Shown here piece after piece: positions 1 to 20,677 of a DNA stretch of 34,591 nt; within the stretch, counting starts at the first letter, position 1; the number at the start of each line of letters is the position of its first letter. The notes under the pieces are model-generated. The model was given only the letters and a program-made list of their open reading frames with translations. It made no database searches and was not told the origin of the DNA. Location of the stretch: contig NW_014040319.1 of NCBI RefSeq assembly GCF_001186125.1, positions 14,375 through 48,965 on the forward strand, given 5' to 3'. The stretch is from Sphaeroforma arctica JP610 (taxonomy: Eukaryota). The position numbers and the translations under genes are program-made.

Positions 1-62
1 GTGTGTGTGTGTGTGTGTGTGTGTGCGTGTGTGTGTGTGTGTGTGCGTGTGTTTGTGTGTGT
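1..62. repeat. (GT)n microsatellite
   Basis: Directly visible. Confidence 0.95.
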
Positions 63-359
63 TTAGACATATGTGTTCCGTTTGCTGCGCTGGTTTGTTG
101 ACAAGTCATATCCTTTGAACAATGTTCCCGTATCATTCTAGATATGTTCGTGTATTGGTATTGAGATCACTTCCCCATCTCATTTATAATCTGAACTCGT
201 TTTAAAGTCGTTGACTATATGTGCTAACGGTTTTACTCGTCCCAATACAACATGCTTTGGCTCCAGACACTGACTACCGAATTACCGTCTGTTTTGTCTA
301 CTACCATTACTGACGCATGCGTCCAAAAGTAGTACGAATCCTTTTGACTCTAACGCTAC

Positions 360-645
360 TTAATCTTTTATACGTATAGAAATTCTATGAATGTCTTTCA
401 TACGTATATATATATTAATTTTATACGTATATATATTCCATGAATGCCTTTTATACGTATATATATATTCTTTGAATGCCTTTTATACGTATATGTATTC
501 TATGAATGCCTTTTATACGTATATGTATTCTATGAATGCTTTTTATACGTATATATATACCATGAAACCTCTAGCGCTAATTAATCTTTTATATGTATAT
601 ATATTCTATAAATACCTTTTATACGTACATATATATATTCCATGA
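360..645. repeat. ~30-bp AT-rich minisatellite
   Basis: Unit approximately TATGAATGCCTTTTATACGTATATATATTC, about 8-9 degenerate copies; explains spurious ORF 391-645. Confidence 0.85.
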
Positions 646-889
646 CTGCTGTACGCTCTCTGTGCAATTGTCATGCCATTATGCCTAGCATAAACTACAT
701 GCACTGCTCACCTCTTCTATTACCAATCGCCTTCGCTGGACAGCTCCTGTTCGTTCCACACAGTGATTATATTCATTTATTTGCACTGTTTGTTTGCTAT
801 GTTGACTGTTAGCCTTGGTATTTATCACCAATACCCCCGTGTGCTAGATTAGACCGGGACTTAAGTGGGGGAAGTTGAATGTGAGGATA

Positions 890-1085
890 AGTATACCTAT
901 ATATTACTCTAAGATACCCTGCACAGGTAGTACCGGATCGGTACATCCTGTTTCAGTATATTTATATACTAACCTAAGATGCCCCTCTAGACGTAGTACT
1001 GGATCGGTACATGCTGTTTCAGTATATTCATGTACTAATCTAAGATACCCCTCTAAACGTAGTACTGGATCGGTACATACCGTTC
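890..1085. repeat. ~65-bp tandem repeat, 3 copies
   Basis: AAGATACCC...TAGTAC(C/T)GGATCGGTACAT recurs near 911, 975 and 1042. Confidence 0.85.
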
Positions 1086-1167
1086 CGCACTGTCTATTCG
1101 AACATTTGTATTGCTTGTAAGCCTAACCAGTTAACCACTCACTGACCTTATCCTTTTTCGTCAATAG

Positions 1168-8980
<7,813 letters not shown>

Positions 8981-10474
8981 CCACTGCTTAAACATTAGAT
9001 TATAACAATAAAAGTTTTTTGCGAGGTGGATACGAGTATTAGATTGATCGTACTTCTACTGATAAGAGGATATAGACTCGCATTTATAAAAGTGCGCCAC
9101 TCGTAGTTTATATAGAACTTTTCTTGCAAATAAAAGTTACCGAGAACGATGCATCGTTCATAACTTGTCTACTACTGATAACACTCCACCTTCAACATGT
9201 TGGCTGTATTGACCTCTCTTGTTAGGTGCAAGTAGTTGGATCGCGTGTTGCGCTGTGGGGCCGATTTGGCTCATCACGACTTGTTTATTAAGAGAGTCAT
9301 CGCTTGTACTTTGCGATGTCTAAAGGAGCCTACCCTTATTCATCTAATTGAAATAAACCCACCTGGTAATCTGAAATACAGAGCTGCTGCAGAGTGCTGG
9401 TAAAAGTGACGCTGTGAGTTGTTTCCCCAAATGTGGATACAGAGCCAGTCACTACGCCTTAGAGTTTGGTCTCTAAAAAAGATATTTACATGATCTTCGA
9501 GAAAAAAAACTCGATATTTAGCAATGAGTATTTAGAATATGATACGGTCATCTGACATAGCAATAAGATTATCATTCGGAGATAGCATAACTAGCAGGGT
9601 TGTCAGTCGCAATGGATTATTCCTGCTGCAACAACCACCTACTATGATACCGCAACTGACAGTTTTCAGGATTTTTGATCGTGCACCAGATTGTACTATT
9701 TTCAGTTGTCAAGCGTGTGAGATACTCCCCATAAAACTAACCATGTTGATGATATCAATACAAATGCGGATTGCGGCCCGGTTTTAGTGATAGAGGACCT
9801 CTAGTAGGATCTATTGGAATACTTGCTTGATGATCCTCTAACTATATGGTGGAAATAACACGCTGCAGATTCTTCTTTTCAGTTGCGCGAATTATGAAAC
9901 ATTACAATATTATGCCAATGGTAACGCACTTATGTTTGACAGGTTGGGAACAATCAGAGCTCAGTTTGCGTCATTGAAATAGCATCCATGGACGCATTGC
10001 CATTGTGACTGTATGTGGGTCTGTGGGATTGACAGTTATTTATGTATGTATGTATGAAACCCTGTAACCGGCTTAGAGGCCTTGACCATTACATATAGTC
10101 TTATGTGGCTCCACCAATCAGATCTCTTTAAATATGCAAAGTGCATTCCAGTGAACTTAAACTTTTGCGCGGGCTGTGGCTACAGACTCGTGTTTGCTCA
10201 TACATAGTTGTTATCTGCCGACAGTCATCAGGAGTCATGTGGCTATATATTGTACCAAGAAGCCGTCACATAAATACACGTAAATACATAGTTACATGTA
10301 AATACCATTGTTAGTAATTCACCTAGTAATACGTAGAGATCGTCTTACACAACACACGCCAAGCTGAGTTCCTGGGCTCCGACTGCCTTGTCTGTATTGC
10401 ACAGTCTATCAGCCCACTACTCGCATCCCCACGTGCGCATCGTCTCAGTCCTTTTGAACCACGTGTACGCCAGG

Positions 10475-11070
10475 ATGCCCAAAAAGATCAGAGTAGGTCC
10501 CAATGCTGATCGCTCACTTAATTTCGGCACGTCTAAGATCCAGGCGCCAGCCACTGATTTAACTAGGCTGAGCTTCGATGCAGAGCAGCTTGACATAGAT
10601 GCACATGTAGATAAGGTTGATGGATATAGGTTAGTGCGCCCGTACTACTATGTTTACAGGGCGTTCTGTAAGGGGAGATGGACCGACCAAACGGTAATTG
10701 ACACTCTAATAGAAGAATTTAAAGCTGGCACAGAAGAATACTACCGCACGGCTATCAAAGAGGGACGAATAGGTATGGCTGCATTCTTTGTAGTTTTAGG
10801 TTTCAACAAGTTTCAGCTACGTTAATTATTTATCTGTCATAGAATGAGAAAATAAGGGACCATATTATGTGTGATAAGAAATCAATCCAGAATTGTTTTT
10901 TTACGATATTAGCTTTGAATCCTTGTGTGAGTTTATAATTGAAAACTTAATATGGTTGCTTCAAAAATGGTAGTTTGTGTACAACTAAATTAATTTATGA
11001 CACAAATATATATGTATATATACATATATGTGTGTGTGTGTGTATGTATGTGTGTGTGTATGTGTTTATA

Positions 11071-11101
<31 letters not shown>

Positions 11102-11203
11102 GTATATATATTTATATATATGTGTGTGTGTGCGTGTACGTATATGTATATATATATATATATATGTATATGCATATGTATATGTATATGTTTATGTTTA
11201 TGT

Positions 11204-11243
<40 letters not shown>

Positions 11244-11268
11244 TTGTGTTTGTGTTTGTGTGTGTGTA

Positions 11269-11324
<56 letters not shown>

Positions 11325-14300
11325 ATTCTTCCGGCATGTTAATCATGGATGCTAGCGACGGTCAGTAGACACTAATATAGTCTGTGTGCACATGTAGTCA
11401 AGTAGTCATGTCGGGAATACAAATCGAAGTCCTATGCTGTGAAAACAGGCCGCAAGTTGGCACTGAGAGTACCCATAAATGTGTTCACCACGGGAACCAT
11501 GGTTGCTGACCATATTTCGGTCTACAGACACACCGTATGTGATTGGAGTACAATTATAGGTCATTTATATGGCCTTAGTTTGCCCCATCTCGGTGGATGT
11601 TCAATGAGAACAACAAATTACAGCCGATCCTTTCAGAACATTAGATCGGTAAATACGCTTTTTCCATTCACATGAGAACGCATGTGGCTGATACTTATAT
11701 GAATATATATACATATATATTATATATATATATAGGCATCAATGAACGCCGTACCGAGGCAGAATATCGGATGAAACAGGGCGACCGTCTGGTGCATTGG
11801 ATCCATCGCCACGAGCCACCGGTGACTGACCAACCAATAGATATCGTACATGAAGATGATGAGGTCATAGTAGTCAATAAACCAGCCAGCATCCCGGTAC
11901 ATCCGTGCGGGAGGTATAGGGTGAATTCTGTGGCATATCTTATGGGATTAGAATCTGGATACCCTGATTTAGGTGTCGTACATAGACTGGATCGGCTGAC
12001 CTCTGGGATCCTCATCCTTGGCAAAGTATGTATAAGCTGTAGGGTTTATGAATGGGTTTGTACGTGTTTGCACTGTTTAGTGAACATGTTTGTGTGGCCT
12101 TTATGAAAATAAGAGTGCCTCTGAGTGAATGAGTGGGACTATAGATAGCTCATTGGCGCGTGTCGGTACTGAAATAACAGTGATTATTGCGCAACTGCTC
12201 GTTATATATCGCATAAGCAGACTGTCTGTTTTTACACAAAGTTGCATCGGCTCTTCACGACATGTGATAATGCCCGTATATTCACGCATCCGAGCCATTG
12301 CGATGTTGAAAATCAGAGGTCATATGTCTAGAGTGATGGATACCCATACAATGCATACATCCCCATCCGAATGCGCGGTATATCATTTTTTTTCCTCAAC
12401 ATTTCCAATGGAGATTGGCTTAAAAGTTTCAGTCATGAATTTGCTTAAGGTCACATGCCTTGGAAGCTATCGCCGTGTTTCAACACTCGGTTTGATAGTG
12501 CACACACTCATGCAATCTCTAACATGCGGTGGTGCATTAACAGATGTGTATATCGCATCTGCACATCGATCACACACTCACGGCCCATCAATACAACGTT
12601 GCCTGTTGTACATGCACAATTTCTCAATTACTTCAGTATGGATACGATAGCAGATCTCCGCAAATCGCTATGGCATGCATACGAAATTGACTGTAGTATC
12701 ATACTTCCAGCGCTCATCTTTTCATATACAAGTTCATTTTTTAAAGGTATATGAGTACATGCGGTTCATTTTATGCCACGCACCCATTCACTCGTCTCTC
12801 TGCAGACCACAAAGGTGGCCGCCAAGTATTCCGAGTGGATCCGTGACCGAGATGTGCAGAAGACCTATCTCGCACGGGTAAGGGGTGTGTTCCCGAGTGA
12901 GCCCTGTGCGTGTGATCTGAGCACGGGCATGATGCTTAAGCGCATGGGCGTGGTGGGTTGTACGCCCGATGGAAAGCCAGCCCTGACAAACTTTGAGTTG
13001 CTGCACACAGATGGGAAGACGAGTGTGGTCAAATGCATGCCCCGCACGGGACGCCAGCACCAGATCAGAGTGCACCTGCAGTATCTGGGTATGGTTTGGA
13101 AATAATGGTTGTTTGTGAGACCTTCGAGTTTGTGGTACTGGTGGTACGTGTGCTTGTCGAGGTGCGGCGTATGGTTTCTGAGCCGTACTACAATGATAGT
13201 GGCTTGTTGGGCAGGAGAATAGCGGGTCACAGTGTATACTACCTAGTATGCGACCACATTTCGAAATACCTGCATATTATAAAGCATCAATGTGTTACAT
13301 AAGAGATGTGTACTGTGCATGTATGACGGAGATCGCTGTGATTACTTTCCAATTTGGTTTGCCCTCAGTATCCGAAGATGCTCTATATATTGACCGGGTA
13401 GGTTCGTATCGCCAAACAGACCGTATTCAGTACCCCACCAAGTCATTACAAACATATCACAAACCTGCGCACCGTGTCTATCATCGATTATCACCACTAA
13501 GCATCTGGTGATATGAATGAGGAATTAAGCAATAGTTTATATCCTAGCTTCTAGTCTGGGAGCGTTTGCATCAGCCATAAACTCAAGTGTCTGTGTTCAA
13601 TGCTCCATCCCGTGTGCTATATACTCTTTCTCATTCTCATTACTCGCGCAGGATTTCACTTTGAGTGCATGAGAGCGTCCATTAGCACGCCTTCGTAGCA
13701 ACGTTTCTTCCGCGTGTGATGGTTATCTTTGCTTGACGAATCGTACTATTCATGTGCGATGCCCATCCTTACGCCGAATATCTGAGCTGCATCGCAGATG
13801 TTGGCGGGTGCACTTGCCAGTACCAAACTTCTGTATTTCACCAGCATGACCGGAGCGGCAGGCTAAACATGTCTTCGCCTGTGTCACGAGTTGTCTATTG
13901 ACTCCGGCGCCAATCTCGATACTTATTGCTCCAGGACACCCTATTGTGAATGACCCAATTTACGCACATCCGGCCTTCGGAGATGCGAAAGGCGAGGAGC
14001 TAAAGGATCCAGCGCTACTGGAGCGGGTAGATGCGGTATGTGGCAGTCAAGCTTAACGTTCGGTTGTGGGTACTGCTTCGCAGATGGTGCACCCGAACAG
14101 GACTTACTGAATATGACAGCCCTCAGAACGGAATGATGTTTTGGGCGATATTAACTTCCAAAAGATTACGTTTTCCGTGTTTGAGGCTGTAATTTTGCCT
14201 AAATTGCCATTGATGTGTAAAAACGCCTCCTTTTGAAGTTGTTACTCCCTCGGAAATTATCCCGTTCTGAGTCCTGTCATATTTGGTAGGCCCTGACTTG

Positions 14301-16533
14301 AGCTGCCGATGACTACCATATGTATCTTTCGAGTTCTTGATAGCATGTGAACTTTTATTCTTGTGTCTTGATAGACATGTGTACGTTTATTCTTGTGTGT
14401 CTTGATAGACAAGTGTACGCTTATTCTTGTGTGTCTTGATAGACATGTGTACGTTTATTCTTGTGTGTCTTGATAGACATGTGTACGTTTATTCTTGTTT
14501 GTCTTGATAGACATGTGTACGTTTATTCTTGTGTGTCTTGATAGACATGTGTACGTTTATTCTTGTGTGTCTTGATAGACATGTGTACGTTTATTCTTGT
14601 GTGTCTTGATAGACATGTGTACGTTTATTCTTGTTTGTCTTGATAGACATGTGTACGTTTATTCTTGTGTGTCTTGATAGACATGTGTACGTTTATTCTT
14701 GTGTGTCTTGATAGACATGTGTACGTCTATTCTTGTGTGTCTTGATAGACATGTGTACGTTTATTCTTGTGTGTCTTGATAGACATGTGTACGTTTATTC
14801 TTGTGTTTCTTGATAGACATGTGTACGCTTATTCCTGTGTGTCTTGATAGACATGTGTACATTTATTCTTGTGTGTCTTGATAGACATGTGTACGTCTAT
14901 TCTTGTGTGTCTTGATAGACATGTGTACGTTTATTCTTGTGTGTCTTGATAGACATGTGTACGTTTATTCCTGTGTGTCTTGATAGACATGTGTACATTT
15001 ATTCTTGTGTGTCTTGATAGACATGTGTACGTCTATTCTTGTTTGTGTGCGTATTTCGTACTTTTATGCGTGTATGTGTATGACGGGTACAGCTTCATCT
15101 AACACTCGTGAAGTCATCCTCGTCATCTTCCTCACACGCCAAACAACTACAAATCAGGCTCTACTGGCTGGAGTATTGCGGAACGATGCGCCGCATGAAA
15201 TTTTCCCACACCAAGGTATACAGCCAAAGACTCCTCAACTGGGGCAGGTACTTCCGGAAGATAAAACCGCCACCGCTTTTATTAAAAGCACAGCGCTAAA
15301 ATTCAGTGTTAACGCTGAAGAACCGAGCGAATTTGGTTCGACGCTTGCAAGCACAACAGATGGGGCCCCTCTAACGACTGTTGGCCAAGTCGTAGACCTG
15401 GAGGGTGTATCTGCTGCAGTGGGAGCGGCGTACACTGCGGAGGATGTGAAGGCGGATGCGGATAAGGAACCGTCGGCGAAACGCACGCACTCGCCCACCA
15501 GACCCGACAACGTGGGCTCGCAGAAGAAGTACAAGAAGTCGTACGAAATTATGGTGAGTTGTACCAGTGTATGTTGACACCAGGGTGGTATTCGTCGCGT
15601 GTCACGTGTCTTAAAGATGCTATGGCGGGTTTGGTGCTGCTATTTCTTAGCGAAGTTCTAGGACGCCCGGAACGTCACCAATTGGTGTATGGACTGAACT
15701 CATTTCCAAGATCACTCTCTAATTATCCGTGCGTAGTAAATACTAAAACAACGGCGCCCAACTCTCTCTTTAAGCTTCATGCATATATTGGTAGAAGTAC
15801 TTTCCTCTCATCACCCTTATCCAGAATCTGCATTTGCTCCCATTGGAGGCTCAAATAGATTCTCATTGGCTTCTCTGTGTATTTTTTAGTGCGAGTCACA
15901 AACCCCCTCACCCATGCCGTGCAATTGTGTAGTAGTTCAGAGCAGTTAATCTCTTTGAGCCCATGGTATTTTCTGAGTGTTGTACTTCCCATGCAGCACT
16001 ACCACACACATCCATCAAGCGCTGAGTAGCTGCAGTCGCTGGCTAAGAAATACAACCAAGTTCCACCATCCCGGAGTTTCCGTAAACTGCACGTCCTTTC
16101 GAGCAGTTCTTCTACTCCCATATTGCTCGCGCTTACCCATATTCTGTCTTTCTGTTTCTCACGCATATGTCCCTAGACCACACCGTTGGCAGCCGACATC
16201 GATCCCTACTGTGGCGAGTGCCGCATAGTGCGCCCACGGCCGTCCCCAAGTACAATGGTGCTGTATTTGCACGCGTACAAGTACGAAGGTGATGCGTTCA
16301 ATTACACAGCTCCTGCCCCCGCGTGGGCGAGTGAGGGGTATACAACCGATGAAGAGAGTAGTACGACAGGCGCTGCTGATAACGGCATAGACAGGGGGCC
16401 CAGGCCCGGGGATGCAAGTAGTTATGCTGCCGATGGAGAATCGAAATCAAATACAGGTGAAGATAATAAGCACCTGGACGTGGAGAGTGCTGCCGTCAAC
16501 CTCGAACCGAAGCAGGAAACCAACGGACTGTAG
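10475..16533 (+). CDS. RPUSD2: RluA-family RNA pseudouridine synthase, RPUSD2/Rib2(Pus8)/Pus9-like
   Basis: Exons 10475-10772, 11736-12025, 12806-13088, 13935-14035, 15158-15553, 16177-16533, all GT-AG and phase consistent. Motifs: RLVRPYY...[30 protein letters not shown], catalytic [49 protein letters not shown] and LYLHAYKY. The start codon is uncertain because a possible acceptor CAG lies just before it. Confidence 0.92.
11006..11321. repeat. Compound (TA)n/(TG)n microsatellite in intron 1 of the pseudouridine synthase gene
   Basis: Directly visible. Confidence 0.97.
14098..14295 (+). ncRNA. Long imperfect intronic hairpin; candidate pri-miRNA/structured RNA or MITE
   Basis: The arm CAGGACTTACTGAATATGACAGCCCTCAGAACGGAATGAT (from 14098) pairs with ATTATCCCGTTCTGAGTCCTGTCATATTTGGTAGGCCCTG (to 14295). 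Inner pairing continues via AACTTC/GAAGTT, AAAAG/CTTTT and CGTTTT/AAAACG. Most deviations are G-U compatible on the + strand. Confidence 0.45.
14334..15045. repeat. 34-bp minisatellite, about 21 copies, in intron 4 of the pseudouridine synthase gene
   Basis: Unit TCTTGTGTGTCTTGATAGACATGTGTACGTTTAT repeated head-to-tail with single-base variants and no spacers. Confidence 0.97.
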
Positions 16534-16919
16534 AATTAACGATTGTTTGCGGTGTCGGAGATTGAAAGTAGGGGAATGGGGCGGGACGTAAGGTGGTGAA
16601 GATGAAATTGAGGGACATAGCGAGGCACTGCATGCAGATGAGATCAAGATCGGCGGCTATGTGTAGAATAAATTACCCTCACGACTGATTTGAACTGCTA
16701 TGATGCTTTGGTCGAATTATCATAGGCACTGATGTTCAAAATGGTACTGTAAATGTGAAACCGTGAAACTTTGGTCGTATTGATCCAAGTATCGTTATAA
16801 GCTACTGAGTGTGTGTTGCGCGCATAAAAAGGTATTTACATATTCGACAAATTAGTAAGCCAAAAATAGTTTTATTCCAATTTGCAAACTTAACAATCTA
16901 AATGTTATTACATTCTCTC

Positions 16920-18358
16920 ATTTGAATGTGTTGGTTCACCTCCACTACACGTACATGCGTTTCATAATTAGCATTCGCGTGTTTTCCAAGGAACAGTGTC
17001 GCCTTGTTCAAAACTCGTCGTTTATACATGCAAGTGCCCTGAGAAGGTGCTTTACTATCCACGGGCTTTCCTCCGGAGCACTTGCACGGAGCCCATTCCT
17101 GACAATGTTTCTTATACAGCGTATAGTATGCCCGCCTTGGAATCCGTTTCTACTTGTACGTGCAGGTCTCTTCCTCTATTGGAGCTTCGCACTATTTCAA
17201 TTTTCCCTCGATAGGCTTCGTCCACTCTGTACAATCGTTTTTCCCTCACACGGCACCATGTCTCCGATCGAGTACTCGTTCTTCTTGTATTGGCATATCC
17301 TGGGTATCGCCTGGCATTGCTCCAATTCGCTGTTCTTGACACAGAGACTATGCACCCACTCATCACAGTCTTTACCCGAACATGGGATACACTCGTCATT
17401 TTGGTAGTCTAACAATAGGCTACATTGGTCCATTTTTTAAAATCAGAAACAGCACAAGTTATAGTGCCTCCGGATTTGATGCTCCTTCCATCGCAAGCAC
17501 ACTTTTTGTGAGCTCCCCTGCATTCAGTGTCGATACACTTACACACAACCCAGTCTTCTTGTCTTTCATACTATAGCGACATTTCTTGGGAGCTTACTTG
17601 CAGGCGGTGAGTCTCTATCCTTGCAGGTGCACTCCGTCCATTCATCGCTGTCCAGCCTAAAAACAGTACCACCACACCTTCTGCATGCTCTTTGCCGTTG
17701 TATTAGCATTACTGTGAGGCCTCCGCGTAAACGGTCAAATTACTATTCTTGCACGGGCACTTGGTCCACATATCACAATTGCTATGGTGGCACTTTACCA
17801 AGTCTCCTTCACTGTGTCGTTATTTCCATAGTGGGATTTCTTTGGCGTCTTCTGACACTTTTAGTCCGTTGTTCTTCCCATATTTACTTAAGATGGTCCA
17901 CTTTTTGAAAGCTTTGTCGGTGCGGTGAACCTTTCCTATTTTGTAGTTGTGCGCATTATATGCACATTCTTTGTCTTTGAGTAGATTAAAAACAGATCCT
18001 GCGTCTGCTTATCTGACACTGACAGAGTCCGTTTTCGACTTCTCGACGGTAGCCTTGTATATAGTACTCGCCCTTAAACAGGCATACAAGCTTTTCAAAT
18101 TGGCACGCGCACTTGCCGCGGTTATTGCAATCATAAAATGCGTGCTGAAAGTATCTTTTGTGGCCTTTTTTGAAGTACTCTCCGTCGTATTATCATTGCT
18201 GTCCACGGCGCCTACTTCTACCACGCACTAGAAATTAAATCAAGTGGAGCTACACTCCTGGCCTCAGGTATCAGCTTGCCTTCCAAAGAGATCCTTGTGG
18301 TGTTTGTACGTATGCAATGGGTGCTGAAGCCTAGATTGATGAAAACAGAGAACTCCAT
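16920..18358 (-). pseudogene. Degenerate intronless gene for a secreted Cys-rich tandem-repeat protein (about 9 VWC-like ~42-aa units)
   Basis: Minus-strand translation across frameshifts and stops gives recurring units, e.g. KECAYNAHNYKIG..KKWT, HSEGDLVKCHHSNCDMWTKCPCKN, YNGKEHAEG..DEWTECTCKD, CIPCSGKDCDEWVHSLC, CQYKKNEYSIGDMVPCEGK, CQEWAPCKCSGG, FEQGDTVPW..NACTCSGG. ATG at 18358 is followed by a hydrophobic start (MEFSVFINL...). AATAAA on the - strand at 16871-16876. Confidence 0.7.
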
Positions 18359-19821
18359 AATTTGTTGGAAGTTGACTTGAATCATCAACTAGGATTTGAT
18401 ATTGACAGTGTAATAGTAAGAACAATTTCATATTATGATAATTTGATTGTATTTAGTGCTAATACTATCTGCTTCACATGGTTGTATTGTGTAGTTCTGA
18501 CTTGCACGCGAGTTAGCAACATTGGGACACATTCGTACTGTCATAGCTCAAAAATATGTAGCTACAACAAATACGGATAAGTTATCTAGATATCTTTCTT
18601 CATTGACACTTTTGGATAAATTCATACGTAGTCATAGTTTGAGAATAAATACCCGTTGTATTGAAGATTTCGCCATTCGCCGTTCAATTTCATACATCGG
18701 TTTCTGGCTTCCAAATACGCATGAAGTATCTAGATCTTTTTTCAGCTATAGTTCAATATTACCCAAATTGCCTAATTTGTATAAAAAAAATATGCGAGAA
18801 AGTCCGGCTATTTTTCTTGTTTTTAAAAACAAAACAAATACAACTTTTTGGGTGGTCTAAAATATTTCGTTTGTTTTGTTATGTTTAACCCCCCCCCCAA
18901 CCCCCCCACAAAAAAACAACCTATAATGATAAAAATGAATACTATTTCAAAAAATATTTATTTTTCACGCGGACTCGCGGAGTCTGGTGATAAATTAATT
19001 TCTTTTTTAAAAATAAGTACTGTAGTATATACATAAATTCATAAATATGTGAAATTGTATATTTTAAAAATACGTATGTACGTAATTTTAACAAAAAAAA
19101 ATGGGTTTTTTACAAAGCAATACACCAAAATCAATAGTAGGGCGCAATAAGTAAAAAAATTGAATATTTACATAAATACTGCTCTTAAAAATACAAGCCA
19201 CAACTCCACAAGGCACAAAGCCCTCCATGCCCTTGATGGTGGCAAATTGTAATATTTATTTACATAAAAATTTATGAATACTGTACTTTTTTAAATACAT
19301 AGTAAATATATCTAAATGCTTTGGTCTATCGTGGAGTCTTGGTATTTAATTATACATAAATAAATATGTAAAAATAGCCTAAATAATTTGTTTTGTTATT
19401 TGGTGTTTGTTTTTATTATTTTAAACCCCCTTTGTATGTATGATACTTACACAATATTTTCTTTTAAAACAAATTTATTCCAACACATCTGGGTCTGGAA
19501 GTCTGGATTCTGGTGGCACCAATGAGGCATTGACGCACCATACTTCCTATCAACTATTTATGCCCTATGGGCCTATGCCCAAGCTCAATGCGTTAAAATT
19601 TGTAACCTTTATTTTGCCTCGAATAAACATTAAAGTTGTAACTGACATTAAAGTTGTAACTTTTATATCTCAATAGAACACTTTCATATATGTTAGGTAC
19701 ATTTTCCAGGTCACTCAGGTGACAATCGTCACAACTGAAACCCTCAATCTATTTTGATTGCCTTTTCTCAATTTCGTGTGGCCTAAAATTTTCAACGATC
19801 GGACACAAATAACTTTGTAGT

Positions 19822-20677
19822 TGATTTGTCCTAAATAAAAGTTATAACTTTTAATAATCAAAAAGTTAACATTAAAGTTGGAACTTATATTCCGTACCCC
19901 TATATTTAACTTGTTGAACTTAGGCCTATGCCCTATGCCCTATGGCCCATGTATTCCATATTTATGGGCTTTGGCCTTTGGAGTTTGGGCCTTATTACTT
20001 ATCAGGCCCTGTGGCCTGTGGCCTGTGGCCTGTGCACTATTGTCTATTAGGCTATGGTCCTAGAGTCTAACCTCAATAAGTTAAACGTTATAACTTTTAT
20101 TTATCTAAAAGTTAACGATAGAAATCCAACGTTTATAACTGATAGGTACAGTCAAGATGGTGTCAGATATTTGTCCTGTTGTTGTTAGTGCGCACATTTA
20201 TCAATATCCCCGCCACTTTCCTGAATAGCCTACAACTTGTAACATATATTTTCTTATGTGCGCGTTCAAAAGCTTCTCCGAGCGGCTCAACGCCTCTCAG
20301 AGCTGGCAATATGTGCAAAGTGTACGTGAATATGTAGTATATACTTGGAGAAATGTCTAAAAGATACTTCATAGTTGTTTGTTGTGCACATCATGACAAT
20401 ACGGACCAGGTACTTCGAGGAGACGAAGGTTAACAAAGTGATACACTCAAAATATGGGTATTGCCAAATGTCAAGTCAAATATATGTAGATTCTGATTGG
20501 CTATTACCCATTTCATGGCTCAATTTGTTCAAAATAGGACAACTTATCGAGTGCAAATTTGAAAAAAAAAAGATATTTGATTTGTCACAAATAAAAGTTA
20601 TACTTTTTATTTATCAAAAGGTTACCGTTAAAAATCTAACGTTTACCTCGTGCACGTCTAACTTGTTGACGTTAGGC
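19822..20677. repeat. Three dispersed degenerate copies of a 60-100 bp element built on the palindrome AAAAGTTATAACTTTT
   Basis: TTGTC..AAATAAAAGTTATAA/CTTTT..T.ATCAAAA.GTTA.C...TAACTTGTTGA..TTAGG at ~19822-19925 and ~20577-20677; partial copy at ~20078-20140. Confidence 0.65.

Noticed and set aside
14334..15045. 34-bp repeat array as a CRISPR array
   Set aside because: Units are contiguous with no unique spacers, there are no cas genes, and it lies in a spliceosomal intron.
17197..17433. PHD finger (CIPCSGKDCDEWVHSLC) of a transposon or chromatin protein
   Set aside because: The same C..C.EW..C.C pattern recurs about every 42 aa and the His is not conserved, so it is one unit of the Cys-repeat pseudogene.
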